A stretch of 64,000 nt of DNA, from contig MU053994.1 in the NCBI GenBank assembly GCA_013239625.1, positions 3,353,589-3,417,588 on the forward strand, read 5' to 3'. Each line of letters starts with the position of its first letter. The first letter of the stretch is position 1. Source of the DNA: Lama guanicoe (taxonomy: Eukaryota). This document shows, piece after piece, positions 1-13,186 of this stretch. Made by a program: the position numbers and the translations under genes. The notes below the pieces were generated by a model that saw only the letters and a list, made by a program, of their open reading frames with translations, was not told the origin of the DNA and searched no databases.

Positions 1-71
1 AGAAAGTATCTCAGAACTGTTTACCCACTCTTTTCTGGGAGAAGTCAGGATTAACAACAACTGGGGAAATT

Positions 72-429
72 CAGAAAGAGAAAGAAAAATACCATATGAG
101 ATTGCTCATATGTGGAATCTAAAAAAAAATATAAAATATAAATACAAAATAGAAACAGACTCATAGACATAGAATACAAACTTGTGGTTGCCAAGGGGGC
201 AGGGGGTGGGAAGGGACAGACTGGGATTTCAAAATGTAGAATAGATAAACAAGATTACACTGTATAGCACAGGGAAATATATACAAGATCTTGTGGTAGC
301 TCACAGAGAAAATAATGTGACAATGAGTATATATATGTTCATGTATAACTGAAAAATTGTGCTCTACACTGGAATTTGACACAACATCGTAAAATGATTA
401 TAACTCAATAAAAATGTTAAAAAAAAAAA
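72..429 (+). mobile_element. LINE-1 3' end (3'UTR plus A-tail), cetartiodactyl/camelid type
   Basis: Typical L1 3'UTR text (ATACCATATGA...TGTGGAATCTAAAA, ACAGACTCATAGACATAGAA, CTGTATAGCACAGGGAA) ending in AATAAA and an A-run. 5' boundary approximate. Confidence 0.85.
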
Positions 430-629
430 GAATGACTAGAACTGAGTATCAGAGGGTTGAATGCAGATTTGAGAAGTAATATTCTTAAGAAGGATCAAGA
501 TCCACTGGAATCTTAACATAATATTATTATTCCATGTCATCACCATTAAGATACATTAGTAATCTGCATTTTAATATATATTATTATTTTGCATAATTTC
601 CAGGAAAGTAGCACGGTATAGTAAAACGA

Positions 630-1780
630 ACATTTACTCATTTATTCTTTAAATTATGAACTAATATTTATGAGCACCTACTACGTGTCAGACACTTTGA
701 AAGGTTCGACACAGAAGTGAACCAACAGCCCCAAATTCCCATGCTTACGCAGCTTATACGTTACGGGAGTAGACAGACAAACAAGGAAGCAAAACATAAG
801 TGTGTCTTATGGTGACAAATGCTGTGGAGAAAACTAGGGCAGGGAAGGAGGGCAGGGAATACTGTTGACAGGGATATTCCTTCTCTCAAATTTGAAATTG
901 AGTGGCCAAGGAAGATGTTGCTAAGAAGCTGCTAATCTAGGCAAAGACCTGAAGATGGTGAGGGAACAAGCCACGGAGAGATCTGGGGGGAGAGCATTCT
1001 AGGGAAAGGGCCTGGCTAACGCAGAGGCACTGAGGCAAGTATGTGGCCGCTGTCTGAGGGACAGCGAGGAGGCCAATGTGACGGAACAAAGTGAGAAGAG
1101 GAGAGTAGTAAGGGTGAAATCAGAGAGGTATCAGGGAGCAAAACTGTATGCTAAACTAAGACAGAACACGTCAGGGGAGAGGCCTCGCCCAGAAGTGCAA
1201 ATTCAGCAGTCAGTAGGGTACAGTGGCAGTTAAAGCCATTAAAACTAGATGACGTCCCCACGGGTCTGAGTGGAGGCAGAGGGGTGGAGGAGGGGCAGGG
1301 ACAGGGCTGTGGCATTTCATGGCAAAGAGGTGGGTGAGGGGAGGCGAGGAAGAAGCAGCACCATCTGAGAAGGAGCAGCCAGAGAGTTGGAGGCGAAGCC
1401 AGGAGAGCGAGGTGTGCCGACTCCAAGGGAGGACAGCGTTTTGGGAGGACAGATGTCAAAGGTTGCTCATGTGCCAAGAGGGAGAAGCCTGAGATTTGAG
1501 TGCTGGACTGTGTAGTGTGAAGCTCATTAGTGACTTGACAAGGGCCGTTTCAGTGGAGTTGGTAGGACAGCAATCCTGACTAGGGTGGGTCTTTCAAGAG
1601 AAATAGATGGGAGAAACTGAAGAAAGTGTGTACAGATAACTTTCTAGAAGTTTTGCTGCCAAGGGGAGCAGAGAATAGGGGCAGAAGCTGGAGCGGGTTG
1701 CGGGGTCAGGAGAAGATGTGTGTATTTAGTAAGAATGAACTGTAGCTTGTTAAATCCAACAGGGATAGGAAGCTGGTGAT
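630..1780 (-). mobile_element. LINE-2 (L2) degraded fragment
   Basis: Starts with the antisense L2 tail (TATGAGCACCTACTACGTGTCAGACAC), then purine-rich L2 body (TGACTTGACAAGGGCCGTTTCAGTGGAG). Boundaries approximate. Confidence 0.7.
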
Positions 1781-2353
1781 GCAGGGTAGGGGAAATGCTG
1801 GAGCGGTGAATAAGTGAACTGGATGGGGTCTGGAGTGCGAAGGAAAGTTGTAAATTTCTTTAACACTCGTTGGCAAGATGGGATATAAAAAGAACTTTTA
1901 AAATCTGCCTTTTTCCAAAGACAATATATCCACACCCAGTAACTACTGAAATAAAAATAATGCTATAAAGTATACAGTCACATCCAAAATAAAGATAATT
2001 AATTTTTAATGATCACACAGTAAGTCCTATTTCTGTGGTTCAGGCCACACATCTTTGGAGCCTGTGTTGGTAGAGAACAAACAGGCCTTCCTCCCTGATG
2101 TATTCTGCCTTAATCCGCTTTTGTACCCTCTTGTGATGAGAGCTGAATGCCACTCAAATGGAACAGCCTCTTCTTAGATGTTTACAGAGGATGTACAGAA
2201 ATGGCAAACAAGAGGAACAAAACTGTACAGCAAACTGTAATGAAAAAACTCTCAGAAAAAAAAAGGTGGAAAGGGGCACCTTACAGAGCAATACACTCCT
2301 GTCACTGGCAGTGTTCAAACAAAGTGCAGACGGCCACCTAGGAGCTTGTGTAC

Positions 2354-2476
2354 CTTAAGCCAAGGGTGATTCAGTGCTTCATAAACAGTGATCCTTTCAG
2401 CGGGATCCAGCATCAGCATGCGACGAACTAGGTCTTTGGCACTTTCAGAGATATGGCTCCACTGCCTTGGATTCAT
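2354..2476 (-). CDS. CASK: CASK coding exon (human exon 8), 123 nt, [41 protein letters not shown]
   Basis: Manual minus-strand translation (absent from the ORF track). Acceptor ttcctcctcttcag, donor AAG|gtacac, phase 0-0; C-lobe end of the kinase domain. Confidence 0.97.
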
Positions 2477-4974
2477 CTGAAGAGGAGGAAAGGAAAATTA
2501 CAGAGTTATGTCCAGTGAGAAGTTAATATTCACTGTTATTTAATATTCCTATGCTGTTTCAATGTGAATAAAATTCTCAGAGCAAAATAGAGAAATATGA
2601 TTCTAAAGGCTTGATTTCTAAGGAACAAGACAACAGATGTAATTCTTTTCTGTTGTTACTGTTCTTTACAGGAGATTTTGCATCAGTAAATATTCTTTAC
2701 ATATGTTATTATTATATAAGTTACAATATTTTTAATAATCGAAGAATAGAATGTTCACGATCGCAGGTTCTACGTAAAGAGTCTAGAATCTAGGCTCTGA
2801 AGAGACTAGAATACTTTGATCCAGAAAGGACTAAAATAAAACTGAAAAAATTTAGATTAAAAAATTTTTTTAAAATATTTTGCTTTTAAAAATTGGAATC
2901 AGCAGTAATTGTGAAGCTACACAAAGTCATTAACAGGATACTTTGGTCAGTGTACGCCATTTTCAGTACTTAGGAAGAAATACACCATTACTATAGGCCC
3001 TACAAAAAACCCTACTCACTTGTGTATTGTTCTTGCTGAAGTTACTTTTGTTCCTCTTTTAAAGATGAGACAATTAAGCCACAAGGTAAAGTAACTAAAG
3101 TCAAACTAAAAGAATTATGAGTTGCTCAAAAGAGACAGGATTTGAAGGAAGGCTATGGATCTGTGAGGAAGAGTTGGAAGGCTCCTGGGAAAAGGAGTAT
3201 GTCTCAGACCAGGAACCAAGAAAACAATGAAAAGGAACGGAAAGGAATGCTTAGGGCTTGGAGCTGGGAAGACAAGTTGGGAGAGGAGGGTAGAGACGGA
3301 GTAGGGTCTCACTCCCTCTTTAGTATCAGGAAACTGACTGAGTGAGTGAGCTTATGGGAGCTGTCTGGTGCCAGGAGTTTTATTCTCCATCTTTCTCCTT
3401 TAGAAGGTGACATAGGTCTCTGCCGGTTAAAGCCACGGCACTGATTAAAGTCCACAATAATTTAAAGCCAAATGAAATCACAACTTGCATGACAGTACAC
3501 ATGAATCATTACAATCTGACCAAGGGTTAGCATTAGACATTTCCCTCTGGTTTGCGTGAGGCTCTGTTCTTGTAGATGGGAGTGAGAAATGTTCCATATT
3601 CTTTTTCTAAGAGGCAGAATTCCAAACAATAGTTACTTCTGCTTGTCAGATCCCTTAATTAAAATGAGTACCATGAGACTGTTGAAATATTGTCAGCTGA
3701 CTGAAACTGAGATCAGTTTGTGAGAGAAGGAGGTGAGTGATTAGATGGGGCTCAGATAGATGGCCTTGTTTCCTCTTCCCCATCCTGGAGCTGATGGACT
3801 CTTTAAAGTCTGCATGACCTGTCCTTAGGAGAGGGGTTGAGAAATCATCTGAAAGTGGTGGTGAGATGCCTGAAGTGAGTAGAGGTTGAGAAGTATCCCC
3901 CATCTTTTTAATGAGGGAGTCCAACCTAGGGTTTTCTCTTCCTTTGGCAGAGAAGAGTAGTTGAAATAAATTTGGAAGGTTGAGTAAGTAAGGGAGAACA
4001 AAACAGGGCCATAAAAGAGTCACACTTATTTGAATACTAGAGCCAGGCAGCTTAGAACTCCTGCAGTGTAGATATCAGCTGGCTATCCAGAAACAAATGA
4101 CGTAAGATGACACTGCATCTTTTACAGACTTTGGGAAATGTATTTTTTTGTCTTTTATAAAAAAGTTAATTGAAATTACATGTTAGCATATAATTTAGCT
4201 AAATAATATTCTCTGATATCTACCTTAAATGACCAACTAAGCTAGTAAATGAGAATAAAAAGTTAAATTAAAATTACTTAAGACCAGTAGCAGTTTATAA
4301 ACTATGACTATTTAAATGTAGTACATAAAAATTTTCTTGAAAATACTCATAGAGATCAAGGATTTTGTTAACATTTCTTTTGTTAAGAAGCATGAGTGAT
4401 GAAATGATATTTTTGAGATCTGCTTCAAAACCATCTAGATTGGCTACATGTTGATAAGCATTAAAGCTTGGGGTTCATTAATACTGTTATCTCCACTATT
4501 TTGTTCGTTTGAAATTTTCAATAACAAAAAATGTAAAAATAAATGGTGACACAATCACAGCACAGTTACTAAGCTGCTGAAAACCTGAGACTTTTGTAAG
4601 GAAAGCCATGACTATAAGCAAGAGGTGGAGTTAGACAAGTAAAAGAGTAAATAGGTTATCAACCTCAAAGCTTCAACTCCCCAGGTACAGAAATTATGAT
4701 ATTGTTGGCAGCATCCACCTGACTTAGTATAATACTAAAAATAGGAAATTTAAAAACAATTTAATTTTTGGACATTTGTGAATAGTCCAACTTTTTTGTT
4801 TTTTTTTTAACAAAGAAACAAAGTCAACTATTCAATGCTTTAAAAATAGACAAAATCAAATACCAGAAGCTGTTGGAATGAAGCATATTGCCTTGGAAAC
4901 CAGGAAGTTAGCAACTGAACAAACACAAAGGAAGACTCTATTATTAGCAAATGCTTATAACTCAAAAAGGCAGG

Positions 4975-5115
4975 TGGGAGATTTTATTATATGGTACCTG
5001 CGTCATAAATCGCTGTGAGGATGAAACGAGTTAATATAAGTCAAGTGCTTAGAATAGTTCCTGGCACATAGTAAGTGCTATGTATGAGTTAGCTATCATT
5101 ATTGCTAGTATTATT
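4975..5115 (+). mobile_element. MIR SINE 3' part
   Basis: GTGAGGATGAAACGAGTTAAT...GTGCTTAGAATAGTTCCTGGCACATAGTAAGTGCT matches the MIR core/tail. Confidence 0.8.
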
Positions 5116-6997
5116 ATTATGCTGATGCATTACTAATTGTGTTTATTTTCATGTTAGTATCTGTGATTTCACTTGGCAAAATTCGACCAGAAAGCCATAA
5201 CCGTGCATTCCTGCCACTCACAATTTCCAGGGATTAGAGGGGGATGATTACTTACAAGCAGTTTCCTGAGGCTTTTAGTTACCTTGAAAAGATTGATTTT
5301 ATTCCCCAGTGGCCAACTGACTCTAAGAGAAGCAGAAAAACCTATACTTAAAACATCTTTCTCTGTTAACAGAGTTTTGGCATATATCTCAATCCAAATA
5401 AAAGACAAACTTGGATGCCCTTAGAAGCTAATGGGTACGCAAGGTCCAAGGGGGGGAAAAAAGCATAAACGATTCTCACCTTCTCACTTCCACAAGCTTC
5501 GGTTATGGCCTAAAAGGAAAGGCTTCAACTCTGAAACTACTTTATATCTTTCATTTCTTTTTTTTCTTAATTTTTTTCAAGTCCTATATAAAATTCTAAC
5601 ATTACTGAGGAATTGAAAGAAAAAACTTGAGGGACCCTACAGTTTTGGAGTCTAGTGCTGTATAAACCTGTGTGTTTGGTTTTGTTTTACCAGGAATGAC
5701 TGAAAAATGAAACAGTGGTGATTCTGGTGAATAGAAAGCACATGTGTCAGTCATAATGGGAGGAAAAAGAACTTCCTCAAAATAAGCTGCTCTTCTTTGA
5801 TATTCAGACACATACTCCCCGTGTTTTGCACACACAGTCCTATTCTGTCAGCCACACAGGGCGGTACAGGGGAGTAAAGTGTAAGAGCCGGGGTAGTGAG
5901 ACCCACCTTAAGCTTATTTCCCAGAATTTCCTAGGTCTTTTTGGTGTAGCCATTTACACTGTCAGTAACGACTTTTTAATTTTTTAGTAATGAAAGTAAT
6001 AATGTACTAATCACAAGTCTGTGAATAGTACATGCAGCTCTAATTCACAATAGCCAAAGATGAACGCGAATGTTTAAGTCACACCAAAACAGCTCCAAAT
6101 CATATTATGAAATGCAATTGTGATACTGGCATTTCAGTTTATCCTGGGATGTAAATGGAAAGTATTTCAGCTATGCCGGCTAACTACATAAAATGCAATA
6201 AAGTAACATATATGACAAAGCAAAACAAATAAAAGTTAATAGACACTAAATCTAAAATTAAGATAAGGAATTACTTAAATTACCTGGATTAAATTTCCAT
6301 TTTCATGTTACAAATTAAGCAAAAAGTTATAAACATAAAGCCCTTTTCTCAAATTACACAAAGAAGGGCCAAAGAAGTTTATTTCCCAGCTTAGCCTGAA
6401 TAAACAGGCTCAGTCATGAGGCAGCTAATGGATACTTTAAAATCTGGGCTCAGGTCTGCCACAAACACCTTACCTGGGGTAAAATAAAAGGTCAAATTCT
6501 AACACAATAAATTCCAAGGAGCATTCCAAATTCTTTTCCTGAGCTAGAATTTTATTGGAAATAAGCAGGGCAGTAACCAATTTCTTTGAACTAGTTAAAC
6601 GAGTAGTTTCCTAGAATGTATTTGAGGTGAAAGAATTTGATTTGCAATGTGGCTTTGTGACTCCGAGAGCCCAGGATTCTTACACTGCCAATTGGCACGT
6701 GGAGGAAAGGGGGCACATCTATCTGGTCTCTGGTTTTTATACTGTATCAAAGAGGAGTAGGGTTTCTGTTTTCTAGACTAAACACAGAGTTGGAAATCAA
6801 ACACATGGGATAGACTTCAGCAGTAGCACAGAGGGAAAGGGAAGGAGAAGGAGGTGTGAGGCAATGGTTGCTTTAAAGCCAGTCAACTGGGTGACAGTTC
6901 AGCTAACAGCGACTCTGAAATTTACTTTGACTCTGAGGCCTATGTTGCATAACAAGCAAAGCAAAGAACTTTTCTCTAAGTAACGATGTGACAATCA

Positions 6998-7297
<300 letters not shown>

Positions 7298-9630
7298 TTA
7301 CATAAAATGGGCTTTTCCCCCCTCATATGAAAACTGAAAATAATAGAATAACACTGTGAATGAAAAGTTTCATAATATAAATATTCTCTCACCACCTCTC
7401 CCCTCCTCTGTACAATCAAAGAAAAACAGGCAGAAGGAAAAAATTATTTATCCATCACCCTTTGAAAATACTGAGCCCAGGGTAGGTACTTTGTTTTGTC
7501 TTGTAACATTACTACTTCCTATTGAATTCCACAGGGTATATGGTAAGTGTTTACCTATGTCTTGCTTCATGAAGTTGTATAAATTTTCTAGTTTTCTCGT
7601 GTTTGAAAATTACTAAAAATACAGAGCAGAGGCAGTGGCAGGGAGAGGTGGGGACAAGTGAGAAAATATCTGTGGAGAAAATGATTACTTTTGACTGCCA
7701 AATGGAAATTCTCAAATTAAACCTAATGCTGAGAACTTTTATTTGGAATATGACTCTGATCTGAAACCCTGTTCAGTTGATTTTAGGAATTAATTGTAGC
7801 AATTAACAATGGTTAGTAAAATTTTGTTGTAATAGGATTTTTTCAGCTTCCACTGAACATTAACATTTGAAGAGAATGAGAGCAAATAATATCACATAAA
7901 CCAAAGCAAAATCATGAACTCCTCCCATTCAATTCTCTTTTATCTCCATCTTCTTTAAGGCATTTTTCTTTTTTCTTTTTTCCTTTCCCTACAAAAACTA
8001 GGTTTCAGAAAGGAATCTGAAAGCAGCTGCTTGCACACTAGTAACCATCTTTAACTCAGTATCCCCAAAGGAGTCTTCTCTTCTACTGCAGAACAAAAGG
8101 CTTGTACCCTGTAGGGAAATTACTGGAGGGAGAGGGCACTGTTCACCAGACCCTGGCACCTCTTCTAGCTCTATATGCAGGGCCAGACCCCTCCTCTCCT
8201 CCCTTTGCCCCCTCAGTCCCTACCTCAACATCATGAGTCCAAGATAATGTTTATTTTGAAGACTGCACAATACTTTATATAGAGCTCAGAGTTGTGCTTC
8301 AGAGTTTTATGAAAGGCCTCAGAGATCGTCTAATTGAGCTCGAGAGAATACATCATTGTCTTCTTGGTGACTGTCAAACCCAGTTGGGATGGAGAAGGAT
8401 ACTGCAGCTCTTAGCTTGTGTACTGGGAATATGACTTTGCTGCAGATCATAAGGGTTCCCCTCCTTCCCCATAATTAAAGAGATTAAGTTTAGGGTTCAG
8501 GGAGTGAAAATAGTTTTATTTAACATGTACAGTAGATCAGTGAAGCTGTATACTGGTTAGACGGAAAGATTTTTATTTCCATATTGCCCCATTCGGCTTC
8601 CTCAAGTGACATAAAGAAGCTGAAATGATGAGAAGTAAGCCTCCTACTTCGTTAATAGCCTGGACACGGCGGGGCCCTTGGGGAATTTGCCTTGTTCTGA
8701 TGGACAGGAGCTGGCAAAAGCAGGGAAGAGCAGGGCAAGAGATCAGGGTACTGGTACCAGGGACCCAGTCAGGTACATGCTGACGGTTAGGATACTGCTT
8801 TGAAACTGGACTCTTACTACTGCCCGCACGAGAGAAGGCCAAGCAACTCAAAATAGGCCTCAGTCTGGGAACAGTCAGCGCCACCATGGCTGGTCCTGGA
8901 CATCCAGGGGAGGTTTTCTCCACTTATCTGGACTGAAGACTACCCTGGTTCTGGAGAATTAGTGTTCATCCTTGAGGAAGATACATGTCTTTTGGTTCAA
9001 GAATTTGCTCATAGATGAAAGGGGGAAAGACCATGGTAGAAAGAATATATAGGAATGATTTTTTTATTTTATGTGGACTGGTAGAATGTGAAAGGTCTGG
9101 AGTTAACCTTTAACATACACCAACCTCTTCCCCAATTTCCTGGTTTATGTATCATCGCTTGACTTTTCCTTCTTTGTGGTCACTTGATTTTTATGACTTT
9201 GACCACAAAATTCTAAGAACGGGAAGCGAATTACCAAACCAAATTAAATGTCATTCACTGTATATGAGACACTTGAGATATACACTTAAACTATTTAAAT
9301 GTTAACTTTTTTGATAACATAATAAAGTCTTATTAGCTAGAACCTCAGGGTGGGGGGAGTTGTTCTGAATAGCTACATATTCAATATTTTAGGACTTGAA
9401 TCTTTATGCACCCAAACCTTTTCACTTTGATCATTCTGGATGGTTCTCTTTCTACAATTTCCTGACTTCTTTTACACAAGAAGCTGCACATAATTTAACC
9501 TTTCTCTTGATGACTCAGAACTATCATTGTGGATACCAATGCAAGAACTCTACTCTAGAACAGAAAAACACCCTGAGAACTTCAGAGGTATGCAAGGGTT
9601 GATTTCTTCAGTATTAACGGGCTGCTGTGC

Positions 9631-9742
9631 ATGAAAATGAATATATGTATATTTCTGTATGACTGAAGCGTTGTGCTGTACACCAGAAATTGACACAACA
9701 TTGTAGCCTGACTATACTTCAATAAAAAAAGTAAACAAAAGC
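9631..9742 (+). mobile_element. Severely 5'-truncated L1 3' tail with target-site duplication
   Basis: TGTGCTGTACACCAGAAATTGACACAACATTGTA...AATAAA resembles the L1 tail at 330-429. Flanked by CTGCTGTGC at 9622-9630 and 9743-9751. Confidence 0.75.
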
Positions 9743-11149
9743 CTGCTGTGCTTTCCAACTTTTGGTATCTGCTCAATCTATTTTTTCTGTCAGGCTTTCA
9801 TTTCTTTCCTCTCTCTATGCTTACTTTAGCCTTGTCTTCTCCTAATTTGTACCATAAAATCTGCTATTAACTGGAAACTGATTAGAAACCGGATTCTTTC
9901 ATTTAGTAACAACTTCCTAAGTGCCTGTTAGGTCCTCAACACAGTGGAAAGGGTTGTGGAAGTACAGAGGGATAAGCCATAGTCCCCCCCCCCACCCCCC
10001 GCCAAACCCTTGCCCTCACAAAGCCCAATCTTTCATATAATTACAAATCCCTGCATCAAATGTCACAGGAAGGTACGCAGCCCAGAGAGCTACGGTAATA
10101 TGGGAAAGAAGGAGCAGGGTTACCTAACTTGGGATGGTGAAGGTCAGTCTACTTTGCAGAGGAGTTGACTGTTAGCCCGGCCTTCAAGAACAGAGTTAAC
10201 CAGACACATAAAATGACAAAAAGGCATTCTAACCAGAGGGAATAGCAGGTGCAAGGTATGAAGGAACACAAATCTATAAAACTTTCAGAAAAATGGAAGC
10301 ATGTCAGCCTCTGAGTGTGTCCTTAGCTGCTCACTTGAGAGAACCATGAATGAGTAGTGAGAGTGGGAAAGGTCTTGCTGTTATTATAGTTACATCCTAG
10401 GTTCCTAGTTATCTTCTGTGTAAGTGAGTTTTCCAAACAGCTGAATTTCACATAGGGGACATGTAAATGGTTTTTACTATAGGGAACACATAGAGGAGAG
10501 AATTCCTTTCTATTTGGAGGACTGAGTGATCAAAGATTCCAACTGATAGGAAAATAGTATTCTGTTAAATATTAGCAAATGAGCTGATAAGTATTGGTAA
10601 AATTTTCAAAAGGACCTTTAACAACTTGAAAGCTTTTTAGAAGAGAAATCATTTATCCCTTATCTACATATATTGTATTTTAAAAGACACTGTAATGCTC
10701 GAAGTAGTTATTTCAAGACTGCAGGGAAAGGTATGTTAAGAAAGGACAATATTTTGACCATCACAAAGTATTTTAATTCTAAAAGCACTGAGAAAAATTA
10801 ACTTTCATAACTGACACACTGTGGGTTTAAAATCAGCTTTAAAAATATACTATTTAGGGGAAAGGTTAGTGGACTTTAAGAAAATAGATTAACACGTAGA
10901 AAATGTCTGGGGAAATCTAATGAATCTGTTTTCGCCTTCAGTCAAGATGCACAGTGCAATATAAGCCCATACCATTTTAAATATTAACAGGATGCAGATC
11001 CAGATTAAGAGAAATAAGATCCCTATAAATGGACAGTATATAGTATATAAAAGGGATTTGTTTTATTTCATTTCATCCCATCAACCTTGGGGATGTAATT
11101 ATCAGAAATCATGTGTTATTTAATTGTGCAGTCTTAACACAGGGGTGAT

Positions 11150-11793
11150 GTGTTAAGATTTGAGAGTTAGTTTAATAGCTACATTTGTTTAAAAACAGCA
11201 ATTTAAGATTTGTAGCTGACTGCAAGATTAATATGAGCAGCAGTGTTACACGGTTGTCCAAAAAGCTCATGCAATTTGGGGAGCCTGATAGAAATGTAAG
11301 ATCCACAGCAAAAGAAGCAACAGCCTCAAGCTTCTGTGTGCTGGACGTACCTGTAGTTTTGCCCAGTTCTGGCTCTGTACTTTGTGCATAGCGGAGATTC
11401 TGAACCAGTTTATGTGAGGAATGGCTAAATTAACCTTGACAAGTTAATGTGGATAAGACTTAGGGGGACATGTTAGCTGTTTCCAAACATTTGAATGGCT
11501 ATCATGCGGAAGGATTAAAATTGTTTGCTGTGGCTCCAAAAGTCAGAATTAGGACCACTGTGTGGAAGTTACAGGAAGACAGACTTCTGTTTGGTGCAAG
11601 GATGAACATTTCTTTACTTAAGGAGCTTTCCAAAAATGGAACGTCCTGGGACATAGTGAATTTTTTTGCCATCTGAGGAATTAAACTAGAGCTCAGTTTT
11701 TTGCTGGGTATTTTATGAGAGAGTTCCAGCATGAGTTACAAGACTAGAGAAGTTAAGATCCCTTTGAATCCTGAGATTCAATGATTCTATGAT
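11150..11793 (+). mobile_element. L3/CR1 LINE 3' fragment
   Basis: CR1-like ORF2 remnants (GGGGGACATGTTAGCTGTTTCCAAACATTTGAATGGCT) ending in the CR1 terminal repeat GATTCAATGATTCTATGATT. Confidence 0.7.
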
Positions 11794-12943
11794 TAAACTG
11801 CGTATTGTTACCTGACCATTTGGTAAGTCTTCTAATCACAGATGAAAAGTTTTGAATTACAGGGAAAAATAGGTTTTCAAAACTATCCTCAACTTGCAGC
11901 TTCTCATATTCTTGAAAATGATTAGCTAGAAGAAAATGCAAAACTAGAAGAAAATCTAAGTATAATTTAATTTTAGAGGGCAATGTGGTAAAATAATACT
12001 TTAAAGAGTACAAGTATGACTCATGGCTTATTTTTCAGAAGATGGTCTCTTGTTAATACTGCTTTATGTTTTAGTAATAGAGAATTAAAAGAAATATCCT
12101 GTGTAATGGGTTATTTTGATATTCATCATTTGTCAGGTATTTGAACTTAATATAAGCATTCTTAAAAGATGACTGGTTTAAAAAGATTCTGTTGATATTT
12201 CTCATATTTTTTTTCTTTGTAAAGGCTGGCAGCATTTGGAGATGGGAAACAGAAAGCAATGACTAAAAGGTTGGTAGTTCGTAGAATGGAGAACCAAGTA
12301 ATTTGCAAAATTAAAGAACAAAACTAAAAACAGGGCCGTATTCGAAGCTGGAGTCTATTGAAAGGAATAAATAAAACCCAAATACTTGAATCTGTAATTA
12401 GGATCCACCACTGTACACTGGTGAAGAAAGTTTCCATTTTAACTTTTCTTCTTTTTTTTCCTGGCATGGGAATTTTCTAATTATGTTTGTTTTGGCTAAT
12501 AATAAAACCAGTCTGTATTCACATTTGCTCGCTCTTCCCAAATACACAGATTGATGGCTTGAGCAGGACTCTTTCACAAATGGAAAGAGGAAAACAGTAT
12601 GAAATTAAAACTTAGTCACTGATGTAACCTGAAGGTAATTAAGCTACATATTTCAGATTTGACTTCAATTGATCAGTTCAACTTTAAAAGTCACTTTGCC
12701 CCAAATATCACCTTCTTCCAATATGGTTTTAATCTCTGTATGTTGGGTCTGTCCCCTGGTAAGTGCTGGGGATACAAAGAGTAAAAAGATAGAGTCTATT
12801 CTTAAGGGACTAAAATTCTAGTTAAGACTACAGAATTATTAAATTCAAAACTATATCATGGCACTTTTTTAGGGTGGGTTAGCGTGGGGTGGAATGGGGT
12901 ATGAAACACTGAAGATGGACTCATATTTAGTTTGAAAGTTTTA

Positions 12944-13186
<243 letters not shown>

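Noticed and set aside
8573..8936. 116-aa minus ORF and a perfect Kozak GCCACCATGG at 8880-8889 on the plus strand
   Set aside because: No recognisable protein; the Kozak ATG closes after 16 codons.
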